DNA of 64,000 nucleotides from Gammaproteobacteria bacterium (GTDB lineage Bacteria; Pseudomonadota; Gammaproteobacteria; DSM-16500): NCBI GenBank assembly GCA_041690995.1, contig JBEPVM010000001.1, positions 9,183 to 73,182 of the forward strand, read 5' to 3'. Shown piece by piece: positions 27,657 to 36,908 of this stretch (position 1 is its first letter; each line of letters starts with the position of its first letter). The notes under the pieces were generated by a model. It saw only the letters and a program-made list of their open reading frames with translations, ran no database searches and was not told where the DNA came from. The position numbers and the translations under genes were made by a program.

Positions 27657-27846
27657 AATAGGTATGATAACTGACCCTACCGCTCCAAAGTCGACTGGTA
27701 TGATTTGAGGTTGCTGTCATTTTTAACAGAAAACTACACAAGGGTTTTTGTGGCATATTTTATATCGTTTAGTATTATTATTACAATTTACGTTGTTATT
27801 CAACCGCTTAAAAAATGCCAAAATTTCTTTTTCTTAAAATATCATC

Positions 27847-27885
27847 TGTTCCGCCATTTATAAAATACGGATAGACGGCGGAACA
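27847..27885. repeat. hairpin repeat A (downstream of ATPase-nuclease gene)
   Basis: TGTTCCGCCATTTATAAAATACGGATAGACGGCGGAACA has 9-bp inverted ends. It is a direct repeat of 29389-29427. Confidence 0.6.
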
Positions 27886-27907
27886 AGCGGATATCGTGCT
27901 TACATTT

Positions 27908-29365
27908 TTATGCTAATAAATCATGCAGATTAACATTTTGATAAATTAAATCACGATAATAACTATTTTCACTCACACCATTCGCAGTCACTAAACACCA
28001 AAAAATTTGTTTTCTTGTTCCTGTTTGTTCCTTATAAACAGATTTTTTTCTTTCTAGCTCTTTTGCATATTCTTTTGTAATTAAAAAAGGCCTCTCAGTA
28101 TGCTTAATTTCACAGAGGGTCACACAGTCATCGTCTCGATCAAAAACTAAATCAATTTGTACACCCTTTTTTAGCGAATTTTTCTCTGGGATATACCTCC
28201 AATCTCCATAAAACGATCCTATATTCTCCATGCTGAGAGCTTTTTTTATTAATTCAATATGCTTGAAGCAAATTGCTTCAAACGCATATCCCGCCCAAAC
28301 ATGCCAGGCTCCTTTTTGTATTACGGATGTCCAGTAAGAGCTAGAAGTTGAGCGAGACTTTTTACGGTAAGGCTCTATCCAATTCAAATAAAAAAGAGTA
28401 TATTCGTCAATCACCCTATAATGTATTCCCCTTCTTGCATGCCCCAAGGGTAAAAATGTACTAATAAATCCAGCTTCCTCTAAATTTTTTAGTTTAAGGT
28501 TAAGACTACCGCCATCTAAAATATCTATGCTATTAATCAAATTTTCACGGCTAATACCATGCTGCTTTTTAGCAATAGTTTTAATAATCCGTATATAAGT
28601 ATTCGGATCGCTATAAAGAGAGTGAAATAATTTATCGAACTCATCAAATAATAAACCGCCTTTCTGAAAACAGATGGCATTAATATTTTGCAAAATAGAA
28701 CCCTTACGTAAGCTTTTTAAATAATGAGGAATCCCGCCCATTATCATATAAATTTGTAGAAGTTGTTGCTCATTAAATTCAAAGCTACGAGAACTTAAAT
28801 AATGATGTGTTTCATTTAAAGTAAACGGCCGTAATGGGATATTAACTGTAATACGGTTATGCAACCCGCCTCGTGTATAAACAATTTTCTCCATCATCCA
28901 GGAAGCAGCCGACCCACACACTACTAATATTAATTTTTTACGATATGACCAACGTGTGTTCCAAAAGTATTCAAGCGCTTTTAAGAAACCTGATTTCCGA
29001 GTAGCAAGCCACGGCAGCTCGTCAAAAAATAGTATTATACGCTTATTTTCGGGCGTTTTTTCGATGGCAGCCGTGAGTTGCTTAAGTGCATCCATCCAGT
29101 TATTTTGAACAGCTATATCAATTCCTGAATAAAAAGTTTTTGATAATTGCTCAGAAAAAATTTTAAGTTGCTCACGTAAACTCCCATCATTAAGCCCTGT
29201 TTGTTCAAAAAACACGCCAGCTTGTTTATTGTAAAATTGTTTAATGAGGTATGTTTTACCTACTCTGCGCCGGCCATAAATTGCAATAAACTCAGGCGAA
29301 ACAGAATCTAATGTAGATTTAAGAATTTTTAATTCTTTTTCTCTGCCAATAATAATCTCGGTCAT
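27908..29365 (-). CDS. AAA ATPase (Arch_ATPase-type) fused to DUF234-like C-terminal region with a PD-(D/E)xK pattern
   Basis: 485 aa with Walker A YGRRRVGKTY and Walker B ILFFDELPW. The C-terminus reads KGVQIDLVFDRDDDCVTLCEIKH (D...E-x-K). Confidence 0.75.
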   Translation of the reverse strand: MTEIIIGREKELKILKSTLDSVSPEFIAIYGRRRVGKTYLIKQFYNKQAGVFFEQTGLNDGSLREQLKIFSEQLSKTFYSGIDIAVQNNWMDALKQLTAAIEKTPENKRIILFFDELPWLATRKSGFLKALEYFWNTRWSYRKKLILVVCGSAASWMMEKIVYTRGGLHNRITVNIPLRPFTLNETHHYLSSRSFEFNEQQLLQIYMIMGGIPHYLKSLRKGSILQNINAICFQKGGLLFDEFDKLFHSLYSDPNTYIRIIKTIAKKQHGISRENLINSIDILDGGSLNLKLKNLEEAGFISTFLPLGHARRGIHYRVIDEYTLFYLNWIEPYRKKSRSTSSSYWTSVIQKGAWHVWAGYAFEAICFKHIELIKKALSMENIGSFYGDWRYIPEKNSLKKGVQIDLVFDRDDDCVTLCEIKHTERPFLITKEYAKELERKKSVYKEQTGTRKQIFWCLVTANGVSENSYYRDLIYQNVNLHDLLA

Positions 29366-29388
29366 ATTATTAATAATCCATTGTGTAC

Positions 29389-29427
29389 TGTTCCGCTATT
29401 TATAATAGTACTATATATGGCGGAACA
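29389..29427. repeat. hairpin repeat B (upstream of ATPase-nuclease gene)
   Basis: TGTTCCGCTATTTATAATAGTACTATATATGGCGGAACA shares CTGTTCCGCyATTTATAA and GGCGGAACAA with repeat A. It lies 24 nt upstream of the start codon. Confidence 0.6.
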
Positions 29428-29707
29428 AAGAAAATCTATGCTTGATTAAACGATATGTGATTAAAATCAAACGCTTAAAAATATCCCTCCTAAGGAAGAA
29501 CCAGAAAAATGTATCCTTCATATATCATGGAAATTTAGATTGTGTTGCATCATAATAGCCATATAATTTGAAAATTAATACTGTTTATTTTTTTAATAAT
29601 CTTTTTCGTCTTTGCAAGAAAAATAAACATTTATCAATATGAAAAATGTGCTAAATCACAAGGTGATTTTTTAGTTAATCATTTTTCAATATAAAGGAAA
29701 TTTTTTT

Positions 29708-30757
29708 ATGCTTCGAAAATTCTCACTATCTCATGAAAAAATCATGCGTCAACTTACAAATTCAAATGAGTATAAAACAGAAAAATATCATCGTTACAAT
29801 AAAAAAGAAGCTATTCGTTTATTAACGTATGAAGAATTAAAATTTTATTTTCTTCGAATAGGTGCTGATCAAGAAGCAATAAAGCGATTTATGGCAGGGC
29901 CATCATTAAATTCATTATGTGAAATCCATCGGCTTCAGGTAACTCACATCCACGTTACAAATTATGCAATGCAAGATATAAAAAAAATGCGTAATCAATC
30001 GCCTATTTCTCCTTATTTTAATGATATTTTTCGCAAAATTGTCTTAGAAGGTCATCATGGCTATTGCTTTGAGAATAATCAACTATTACGTTATATATTG
30101 GTTAATTTGGGATACAAAGTTAAATTTTTTAACGCCCACATTATCCGTGATAATATTCCAAAACAAGACCCACAACATGTCATTTTAGAGGTCGAAATTA
30201 ACGGTATAGAATATGTAGTTGATGCAGGATATGGTGGAGTGGCACCCATTGCTGTGATTAAATTTCAATTCAACGCGGAACAATCAGGTGCTGGCAAACC
30301 CTGGGCGACAACAGTTGAATCAGGCAATGAATATAAACTAAGTTTATCATCCTATAAGTTTGATGGTGTCCATGAAAAAAAAGGTTTCATTCTTTCTCAT
30401 CAATATCCTCCTTCCACTGAATTAGATAAAAATTGGAAAGCACTTTATATCTTTCAAAAAAAGTATTGTAATGTAAATGAATATAAAGTTGCTAATTATC
30501 GCGTATCTAAAAATGAAAAATTAACGCCGTTTCGTACTAAGTTATTTGAAACAGCTTTTACTGATGATATTCGTATTTCTTTGACGCAAGATGAATTAGT
30601 TATCACCAAAGCAGGAAAAATAATTTTATCGCTTCCTATTACAAGCGAACAGGAATATAAGGAATGCTTAGTTAAGTATTTAGGATATTCCGAACAGCAA
30701 ATGACAAAAATGGATAAGATTCATGAGCGTGTTGAGTTTGCTAAAAGATGTAGGTGA
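29708..30757 (+). CDS. arylamine N-acetyltransferase (NAT) family protein with N-terminal extension
   Basis: 349 aa. The catalytic-Cys motif is HHGYCFENNQLL. The His/Asp region is PQHVILEVEINGIEYVVDAGYGG. Confidence 0.75.
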   Translation: MLRKFSLSHEKIMRQLTNSNEYKTEKYHRYNKKEAIRLLTYEELKFYFLRIGADQEAIKRFMAGPSLNSLCEIHRLQVTHIHVTNYAMQDIKKMRNQSPISPYFNDIFRKIVLEGHHGYCFENNQLLRYILVNLGYKVKFFNAHIIRDNIPKQDPQHVILEVEINGIEYVVDAGYGGVAPIAVIKFQFNAEQSGAGKPWATTVESGNEYKLSLSSYKFDGVHEKKGFILSHQYPPSTELDKNWKALYIFQKKYCNVNEYKVANYRVSKNEKLTPFRTKLFETAFTDDIRISLTQDELVITKAGKIILSLPITSEQEYKECLVKYLGYSEQQMTKMDKIHERVEFAKRCR

Positions 30758-30874
30758 GCGCAGTATTGATTGTAATCTAGCTCAAATCGAAAAGCTGAGC
30801 GCATTTGTTATGGTCGCAAACATATAACAACTTACTTCGCGGCACTTAGCATTGTATACCTGTTAATTGAGTTA

Positions 30875-31228
30875 GTGAAGGATTGCGCGATAGGTAAAGG
30901 GAATGTATTAAAAAGTGCTATGGAAACTGCAAAATCAGATTTTAATCTTAATACCCAAAAAGGAGTATTAGAGTTTATTGGAAATAGGGGGCTGGAATCG
31001 CCTTGCTTCATTAATTCAAAAAAATGGGAAAAGAACCCTAAACCCAATCATCCGATAATGGTGGATGCTTATAATTTTTATTCGGGCTTTATTTATGGCT
31101 ATATCGCTTTTTTCTATCAGCCCGTAACTAAGAAATGGATTATTAAATCTTTTAAAAAGAATAGTAAGCCTGATATAAGAAATCTAGCATTTAAAGAAGC
31201 ATTAATTAAGTTACAAAATCAGAGTTAA
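30875..31228 (+). CDS. MqsR-like type II toxin (RNase) candidate
   Basis: The C-terminal half PIMVDAYNFYSGFIYGYIAFFYQPVTKKWIIKSFKKN aligns by eye with E. coli MqsR ...WQDVYRP...VYLKITVIHDVLIVSFKEK. It precedes an MqsA-like gene, the toxin-first order typical of mqsRA. ATG 30920 (METAKS..., 102 aa) is a likely alternative start. Confidence 0.55.
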   Translation: MKDCAIGKGNVLKSAMETAKSDFNLNTQKGVLEFIGNRGLESPCFINSKKWEKNPKPNHPIMVDAYNFYSGFIYGYIAFFYQPVTKKWIIKSFKKNSKPDIRNLAFKEALIKLQNQS

Positions 31229-31238
31229 TGGGGGTTGT

Positions 31239-31829
31239 ATGAGTAAAAAATCAATTATTTGCCCAGCTTGCGGCTCTAGCGAGGTTGCGCGCTTTGAAAA
31301 AGAAAGTTTTAGCCAATTAACGCTAGGGTCTCAATTCTCCTTCAAAGAAATTAATTATAAATGTAATGCCTGTCAGGAAGAAGGTGACTTTCTTGCTGAA
31401 ACCGATAAAAATTATCTGGTTGCCCAAAAAGAAGCGCAAGGTAATTTAGTTAAGCAACTTTTAGAGACTATGCATAGTATGGGTATCACTATGGCGATGT
31501 TCGAGCGAGTATTTGAATTACCTACAAGAACTTTAACGAGATGGAAAAATGGTGACTTCTCATCAAGCGCGCTTGCCTTGCTCCGCATAGTCACTACTTA
31601 CCCTTGGATTATAGAAGTTGCAGAAAACAAATTTGAAAAAACATATTCCAAATTTGCAGTTGTAACATCTGCAGCTCAAGAATTTAAAAATGACAGTATA
31701 ATTAAGCCTGCTATGCAGCCAAAAATTCCAGAAAAAAATATGAATTCATCAGCAATTTTTTTTATTAGTGTGAATAATTCACAAGCCAGCGAAAAATCTG
31801 TGAGACCATCAGTAGTGGCTGGAGGATAA
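31239..31829 (+). CDS. MqsA-like antitoxin (N-terminal zinc ribbon + C-terminal XRE-type HTH) with ~60-aa C-terminal extension
   Basis: It has CPACGSSEV...CNACQEEG (CxxC-N-CxxC). The HTH reads MAMFERVFELPTRTLTRWKNGDFSSSALALLRIVTTYPWII. It is 196 aa against about 130 aa for E. coli MqsA. Confidence 0.7.
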   Translation: MSKKSIICPACGSSEVARFEKESFSQLTLGSQFSFKEINYKCNACQEEGDFLAETDKNYLVAQKEAQGNLVKQLLETMHSMGITMAMFERVFELPTRTLTRWKNGDFSSSALALLRIVTTYPWIIEVAENKFEKTYSKFAVVTSAAQEFKNDSIIKPAMQPKIPEKNMNSSAIFFISVNNSQASEKSVRPSVVAGG

Positions 31830-32243
31830 ATGAAATTTCTTGATGCCAATTTTTGTGATGATATTCGGCAAGAGATAAATAATAAGATTTCACTAATGGG
31901 TTTATATAACGACCGAATAGTTTTACATATTAAAAATCAAAACGAGATTAGCTGGCCGCAGCCAATTAATTTATCTGCGCTTTTGCGGTTTTCAATTAAA
32001 AAATATGAAGAACGACCTGATCGCTTTGAGTTTGAATATTTTTTAAATAAAAAAAATATTGTCAAAATAGCGGGGGAGCTACATATTAATACTATCGATA
32101 GATTTCAATTAATAATAAATGGAACTGGCATCCCACTTGAGCGAGGAAATTTAGGTTTTTTAATCAATCTCTATGCTAGAAAAAACCTTTTGCTTTCTGA
32201 AAAAAAAGAAAAGACGATGATTATTTCGGTAACTGATGAGTAG
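31830..32243 (+). CDS. hypothetical protein, third gene of the MqsRA-like operon
   Basis: 137 aa. The ATG immediately follows the mqsA-like TAA (GGAGGATAAATG), with GGAGG as SD. No family assigned. Confidence 0.5.
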   Translation: MKFLDANFCDDIRQEINNKISLMGLYNDRIVLHIKNQNEISWPQPINLSALLRFSIKKYEERPDRFEFEYFLNKKNIVKIAGELHINTIDRFQLIINGTGIPLERGNLGFLINLYARKNLLLSEKKEKTMIISVTDE

Positions 32244-32271
32244 AGTACCTTTTTTAAGTAGGCTAATTATT

Positions 32272-33774
32272 TTATTCAGGGGGTAAAAAAGCCATTAAAA
32301 TTCGCACGGGTGGCATATTTCTATTTCGTAACCAGTTGAAACTATAAAGCGCTGGGGGTTGCATTTTCTTGAACCGCATTTTAATTTTATCTATTTCATA
32401 GATTAAATTTTTTTGATTTTCTTGCAATTCCCAAACAAAAACAGCACCTTGTTTTTTAAGCTTCTTCTCTTCAACCCAAGGGCTTATTTTTTGATTCCAA
32501 TCTATATATACGGCGGGATGATCTTTTGAATAAAATGCAATATTGCCTGCTACCCAACGTGCACCCGCGATGTATTGGATAGGTGTAGAGTAGTGATGAT
32601 GCCAGCTTTCTGTGATTGTAGCTGCTATGGTCTTACCTGGATAATTGGCGCTGGAAGGTTCATCCGCACGTATCAACGCGACAGAATACGCTGTGACTGT
32701 GCCTGCCAGGAATACTGCCATGATGATTAAAAAACGATAGAATTTTTTGATGGTTAAATTCAAATAAGGCTGTAACCAGGCAATTAAAATCAAGCCCCAT
32801 AGCGATAATAAGGGCTGTCCCCAACCTGCACGTAATTTAATGCCTGTGATGGCGGCTAATAAAACCGTTAATAAGAATGGCCCCATTCCTACAAAAAATA
32901 AAAATTGTTTATGGAATTGCGTAAGAGGATAAATAGGGATTTGTGTAGCAGGTCTTTTTGAACCTGAAATAAATAGTAATACTATTAAAAATAAAGTGGG
33001 GATAATTACCTCAAATATTTGCCAAACAAACTGGGCAGGAAAAAATAAATGGTTAACCCAGGTCGGCGCGCTTGCGACTCTATCGAATGCATAGTTCAGC
33101 GTAATAAAATCATGCGAAAATAACCAAAAAATATGTGGCGTGATAATCGCAATAAAAACTGATAATCCTATATATAACGTTGGTTTTTTAAATTGTTCTC
33201 GTCCTGTTGGATTAAATAATAGAAAGAGAAACAGGGAGAATAGTAACATGATGGTGTAATACTTCGTCATCATGCCAAGGCCAGCAAACAAGCCTGTCAG
33301 TAACCAATCACGAAATTTATTTCTCGTTAATGCGTGATAAAAAAATAAAGTCGTTAATGCCCAGATAGAAAGTTCGAGGGTGTTGTCGTTGAAATCAATG
33401 GCATGAAAATTATAATATTGCATGCCTTCCAATAAGAGTACAGCAAGTAGTGCATAGACAGGCGACAACATTTTTTTGCCTAATTGCCAGATAGCCCAAA
33501 AACAAATAGCTACAGAAAGCTGACTAAAAAGATAAATTGCCCAGCCTGTTGACCCATCTATTTTCAATGCCAGCGCTGTTAACCAACCATTCATGAAAGG
33601 GTTTTTATCATATCCCCATTCTAATTGATGCCCCCAAATAGCACCTTCGATGGAATCCATCGGGAGATTAAACCGTATTAGAAGGGGGGCGAGCGTCCAC
33701 ACAACCACGTGTAAAAAAGTAAACGCAAAAAACCAGCGAGTCATACTACTGTTTTTTATCAGTTGCGTGGACAT
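32272..33774 (-). CDS. GT-C membrane glycosyltransferase, family 39/83 (ArnT/PMT-like)
   Basis: 500 aa with more than 10 TM helices. The first periplasmic loop has PMDSIEGAIWGHQLEWGY (D-x-x-E type motif). A C-terminal soluble domain is present. Confidence 0.65.
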   Translation of the reverse strand: MSTQLIKNSSMTRWFFAFTFLHVVVWTLAPLLIRFNLPMDSIEGAIWGHQLEWGYDKNPFMNGWLTALALKIDGSTGWAIYLFSQLSVAICFWAIWQLGKKMLSPVYALLAVLLLEGMQYYNFHAIDFNDNTLELSIWALTTLFFYHALTRNKFRDWLLTGLFAGLGMMTKYYTIMLLFSLFLFLLFNPTGREQFKKPTLYIGLSVFIAIITPHIFWLFSHDFITLNYAFDRVASAPTWVNHLFFPAQFVWQIFEVIIPTLFLIVLLFISGSKRPATQIPIYPLTQFHKQFLFFVGMGPFLLTVLLAAITGIKLRAGWGQPLLSLWGLILIAWLQPYLNLTIKKFYRFLIIMAVFLAGTVTAYSVALIRADEPSSANYPGKTIAATITESWHHHYSTPIQYIAGARWVAGNIAFYSKDHPAVYIDWNQKISPWVEEKKLKKQGAVFVWELQENQKNLIYEIDKIKMRFKKMQPPALYSFNWLRNRNMPPVRILMAFLPPE

Positions 33775-33809
33775 TGTATTTGCTCATTTAATTTTGAGTC
33801 AGCAACGAG

Positions 33810-35744
33810 CTATGACACCAACTCTAGCAGCAATTTATTCATCCGTTGTACAAAAGCCGCAGGGTCTTTTAATTGACCGCCTTCCGCGAGTACAGCTTGA
33901 TCAAATAAAATCTGTGTCCATTCTTTGAATCGTTCAGCTTCTTTTTCTTCTTTTAAAAATTTCACTAAAGAATGTGTTGGGTTTAATTCAAAAATAGGTT
34001 TGATCTCACCGACTTCTTGTCCAGCGGCTTTCAATAAGCGTTGCAATTGCATGCCCATATCATTTTCATCTGCAACCAGGCAAGAAGGCGAACTCGTCAA
34101 ACGATGTGAAATACGCACCTCTTTGACTTGGTCACCCAAGACTTCTTTCACACGTTGAATAATATCAACGAATTCTTCTTTCACTTGCTCTTCTTGTTTT
34201 TTTTGTTCTTCTTTCACGGCTTTATCTTCTTCACCGCTTATTTCATCTAAATTCACATCGCCTTTTGCGACAGATTGCAAATGCTTGCCTTCGACTTCAA
34301 CCAAATGTCCCACTAACCATTCGTCTATTCGATCAGACAGTAATAAAACTTCTATATTATTTTTTCGGAAAATTTCCAAATGTGGGCTTGCTTTGGCCGC
34401 ATTAAAAGATTCCGCAGTCATATAATAAATTTTCTTTTGTTCTGGTTTCATTCGACTAATATAGTCATCAAATGAGACTGTTTGTAAGGGCGAATCTGTT
34501 TGAGTCGATGAGAAACGTAACAATTTTGCAATACGTATGCGATTAGAAAAATCTTCTGCAGGGCCTTCCTTGAGTACATTTCCAAATTGTTTCCAAAAGA
34601 GAGTGTATTTCTCAGGGTCGTCTTTCACAAGTTTATCTAACATATCTAACGTGCGTTTTACCAATGCGCTACGCAACTTTGTCATGGTGGGGTTATCTTG
34701 TAAAATTTCACGCGAAATATTGAGTGGTAACGCGGTGGTATCCACAATACCCCGTACAAATCGCAAATAAGAAGGCATGAATTGTTCGACTTTATCCATG
34801 ATAAAAATACGCTGTACATACAGTTTCAAACCGCGTTGATGTTGCTGCTGCCAAAGATCGTGAGGTGCGCGAGAAGGAATATAAAGTAAGCTAATATAAT
34901 CCAGTCCAGTTCCTTCCACTTGATTATGCGACCACACTAACGGATCTTCAAAATCATGGGAAATATGTTTGTAATGTTCTTTATATTGCTCATCTGTAAT
35001 TGTATTTTTAGGGAGTACCCATAATGCAGTAGCGCGATTCACTGCTTCCCATTGGATTTCTTTTTCCTTTTTTTCAGTTTCTTTATCATCTTCTTCTGCC
35101 TTTGTATGCATTAAAATAGGCAAGCTGATATGGTCTGAGTATTTGGTAATAATGCTGCGTAAGCGCCAGTCATTCAAAAACTCATCTTCGTTTTCTTTGA
35201 TATGTAAAATAATTTCAGTACCTCGAGTCGGTTTTTCTATATTCGCAATCGTATAATCGCCTTCGCCATTGGATTCCCACGTCACACCCTGTTCTTGTGT
35301 TGCCCCTGCTCGGCGAGTATTCACCGTCACTTTATCGGCGATGATAAAAGAAGAATAAAAACCCACGCCGAATTGCCCAATTAAGTGCGAGTCTTTCTTT
35401 TGATCTCCTGTGAGATGTGCCAGGAAATCACGCGTGCCTGATTTTGCGATAGTTCCTAAATTTTCAACTACTTCCTCTCGGTTCATGCCGATGCCATTGT
35501 CGCTGACAGTAATCGTGCGTGCTTTTTCATCAAAACTGACATGGATTTTGAGTTCTGCATCGTTTTCATAGAGCGCAGGATCTGAGAGAGCCTCAAAACG
35601 TAATTTGTCGGCGGCGTCAGAGGCATTCGAGATCAATTCGCGTAGGAATATCTCTTTATTGCTATATAACGAATGAACAACGATATTGAGTAATTGTTTC
35701 ACTTCTGCTTGGAAATGAAGTTTTTCGGGTTGGGCTGTTGCCAT
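33810..35744 (-). CDS. htpG: molecular chaperone HtpG (Hsp90)
   Basis: 644 aa with [25 protein letters not shown] and [11 protein letters not shown], the canonical Hsp90 N-domain. Confidence 0.97.
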   Translation of the reverse strand: MATAQPEKLHFQAEVKQLLNIVVHSLYSNKEIFLRELISNASDAADKLRFEALSDPALYENDAELKIHVSFDEKARTITVSDNGIGMNREEVVENLGTIAKSGTRDFLAHLTGDQKKDSHLIGQFGVGFYSSFIIADKVTVNTRRAGATQEQGVTWESNGEGDYTIANIEKPTRGTEIILHIKENEDEFLNDWRLRSIITKYSDHISLPILMHTKAEEDDKETEKKEKEIQWEAVNRATALWVLPKNTITDEQYKEHYKHISHDFEDPLVWSHNQVEGTGLDYISLLYIPSRAPHDLWQQQHQRGLKLYVQRIFIMDKVEQFMPSYLRFVRGIVDTTALPLNISREILQDNPTMTKLRSALVKRTLDMLDKLVKDDPEKYTLFWKQFGNVLKEGPAEDFSNRIRIAKLLRFSSTQTDSPLQTVSFDDYISRMKPEQKKIYYMTAESFNAAKASPHLEIFRKNNIEVLLLSDRIDEWLVGHLVEVEGKHLQSVAKGDVNLDEISGEEDKAVKEEQKKQEEQVKEEFVDIIQRVKEVLGDQVKEVRISHRLTSSPSCLVADENDMGMQLQRLLKAAGQEVGEIKPIFELNPTHSLVKFLKEEKEAERFKEWTQILFDQAVLAEGGQLKDPAAFVQRMNKLLLELVS

Positions 35745-35782
35745 GTAATAACACTCCTAGGAATCTGTTAAAGATTTCTAGG

Positions 35783-35811
35783 ATATGGGGACGAGATGGG
35801 GATATTTCAAG
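35783..35811 (-). promoter_or_regulatory. sigma-32 heat-shock promoter of htpG
   Basis: On the minus strand: CTTGAAA (35811-35805), a 14-nt spacer, then CCCCATAT (35790-35783), a near-perfect match to CTTGAAA-N13-15-CCCCATNT. It lies 38 nt upstream of the ATG, with AGGAG as SD. Confidence 0.65.
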
Positions 35812-35847
35812 TCACGATGGCTAGTACTCAAAGATTTTTATCGTATT

Positions 35848-36285
35848 TTATCGTCTGAGCTTTATATTTTCGTGTTTTATAGCTTTACTAATATGCACTA
35901 TATCCTTCAAAGCCTTTGCAAGAATATTTTTGGTTGTTGGTGGAGAAGAGAAAAACCGCGAGAAGACATTTTTCATTGACATTTTTTGAGGCATGAATGT
36001 TTTTTCAGCCTTTTCTGTTTGTGTCAAATAACCAGACATAGCAGTGTGAAGATCCTCGATGTCGATTTTTTTATCTTTATATTTCTGAATGGCTTCGAGC
36101 GCATTATTCATAGAGGCTAGTTCCAATTTTTTAAAATGATGGTCTTGCTTCTCATCCTCATTCAATTTGTTATTATTTTGGTGAGAAATTACATTTTCAG
36201 ATACAAGTGATCGGCTTAATTCCTTTCTTTTTTTTTGTATCGCAGTTTCTATGTCGTGTATTGTTGGCTTTCTTGAATTGCCCAT
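35848..36285 (-). CDS. hypothetical Lys/Glu-rich protein
   Basis: 145-aa ORF predicted to be helical. No recognisable family. Confidence 0.4.
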   Translation of the reverse strand: MGNSRKPTIHDIETAIQKKRKELSRSLVSENVISHQNNNKLNEDEKQDHHFKKLELASMNNALEAIQKYKDKKIDIEDLHTAMSGYLTQTEKAEKTFMPQKMSMKNVFSRFFSSPPTTKNILAKALKDIVHISKAIKHENIKLRR

Positions 36286-36429
36286 AATAAATACTCCTCT
36301 ATTAAAATCGACTATATTTTGAGTATAGCGGCTTAATTCAATTTTGCTGAGAGGCTAGAAATATAAATATATTCAACCAGTTATAGAATTATTGGTCATA
36401 TAGTACTATAATATAGCGTTCCTAAAAAT

Positions 36430-36594
36430 GGGAATATTCATTCAACTGTGTCATTCCCGCGAAGGCGGGAACCTATTCTCACGTGTGACTAAACCTGCCT
36501 TAGTAATGGAAATTATTTTACTAAAGTCAGTCTAGCTACAGGGCAAAATGGGTTCCCGCCTTCGCGGGAATGACACAGTTAAATGAATATTCTC
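36430..36594. mobile_element. MITE-like palindromic element, copy 3 (inverted relative to copy 1; 8-bp imperfect TSD CTAAAAAT/CTGAAAAT)
   Basis: The TIRs are GGGAATATTCATTCAACTGTGTCATTCCCGCGAAGGCGGGAACC and GGTTCCCGCCTTCGCGGGAATGACACAGTTAAATGAATATTCTC. The internal sequence is the reverse complement of copy 1. The flanks are 36422-36429 and 36595-36602. Confidence 0.75.
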
Positions 36595-36908
36595 CTGAAA
36601 ATAGCGAAGGAAATAATATGAAAGCCAAAGTTTTTTAGGAATACCTAAAGAAGCCGCCAGATAAAAATGAAATAGCCGAAATTGAAAAATCCGCAAAACT
36701 GGAAGTAGAATGCTTGCAGTTATTAAAAAAGAATATTTCTAAGGCTGTAAAAAATGAAAGTTCTTTTAAAAAACGAGCGAGTAACGCTTAGCGATTTTCA
36801 TACTGGTACTATGCCATGTTAGATATGTCATCCTGACTTGGCGTTGCCCTCGTGCACTTTGATCTGCTACAATCTATTCTATTATTCAATCGTTTAAAAG
36901 AGGGCAGT

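Noticed and set aside
27847-29427. The hairpin repeats flanking the ATPase-nuclease gene as integron attC sites (gene cassette).
   Set aside because: There are no RYYYAAC / GTTRRRY core sites at the hairpin ends, no intI gene and no array of further cassettes.
30832-31047. 71-aa minus-strand ORF opposite the MqsR-like gene.
   Set aside because: It is antisense to a gene that fits a recognisable family and operon logic. It has no RBS.
35785-35979. 64-aa track ORF overlapping the htpG promoter and the 3' end of the 145-aa hypothetical gene.
   Set aside because: It covers the sigma-32 promoter and is antisense to another ORF. It has no RBS.
36619-36790. Possible decayed small gene next to MITE copy 3: MKAKVF*EYLKKPPDKNEIAEIEKSAKLEVECLQLLKKNISKAVKNESSFKKRASNA*.
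   Set aside because: It is interrupted by a TAG after 6 codons, has no recognisable family, and is short. It could be a remnant of an antitoxin-like gene, but the evidence is too thin to annotate.
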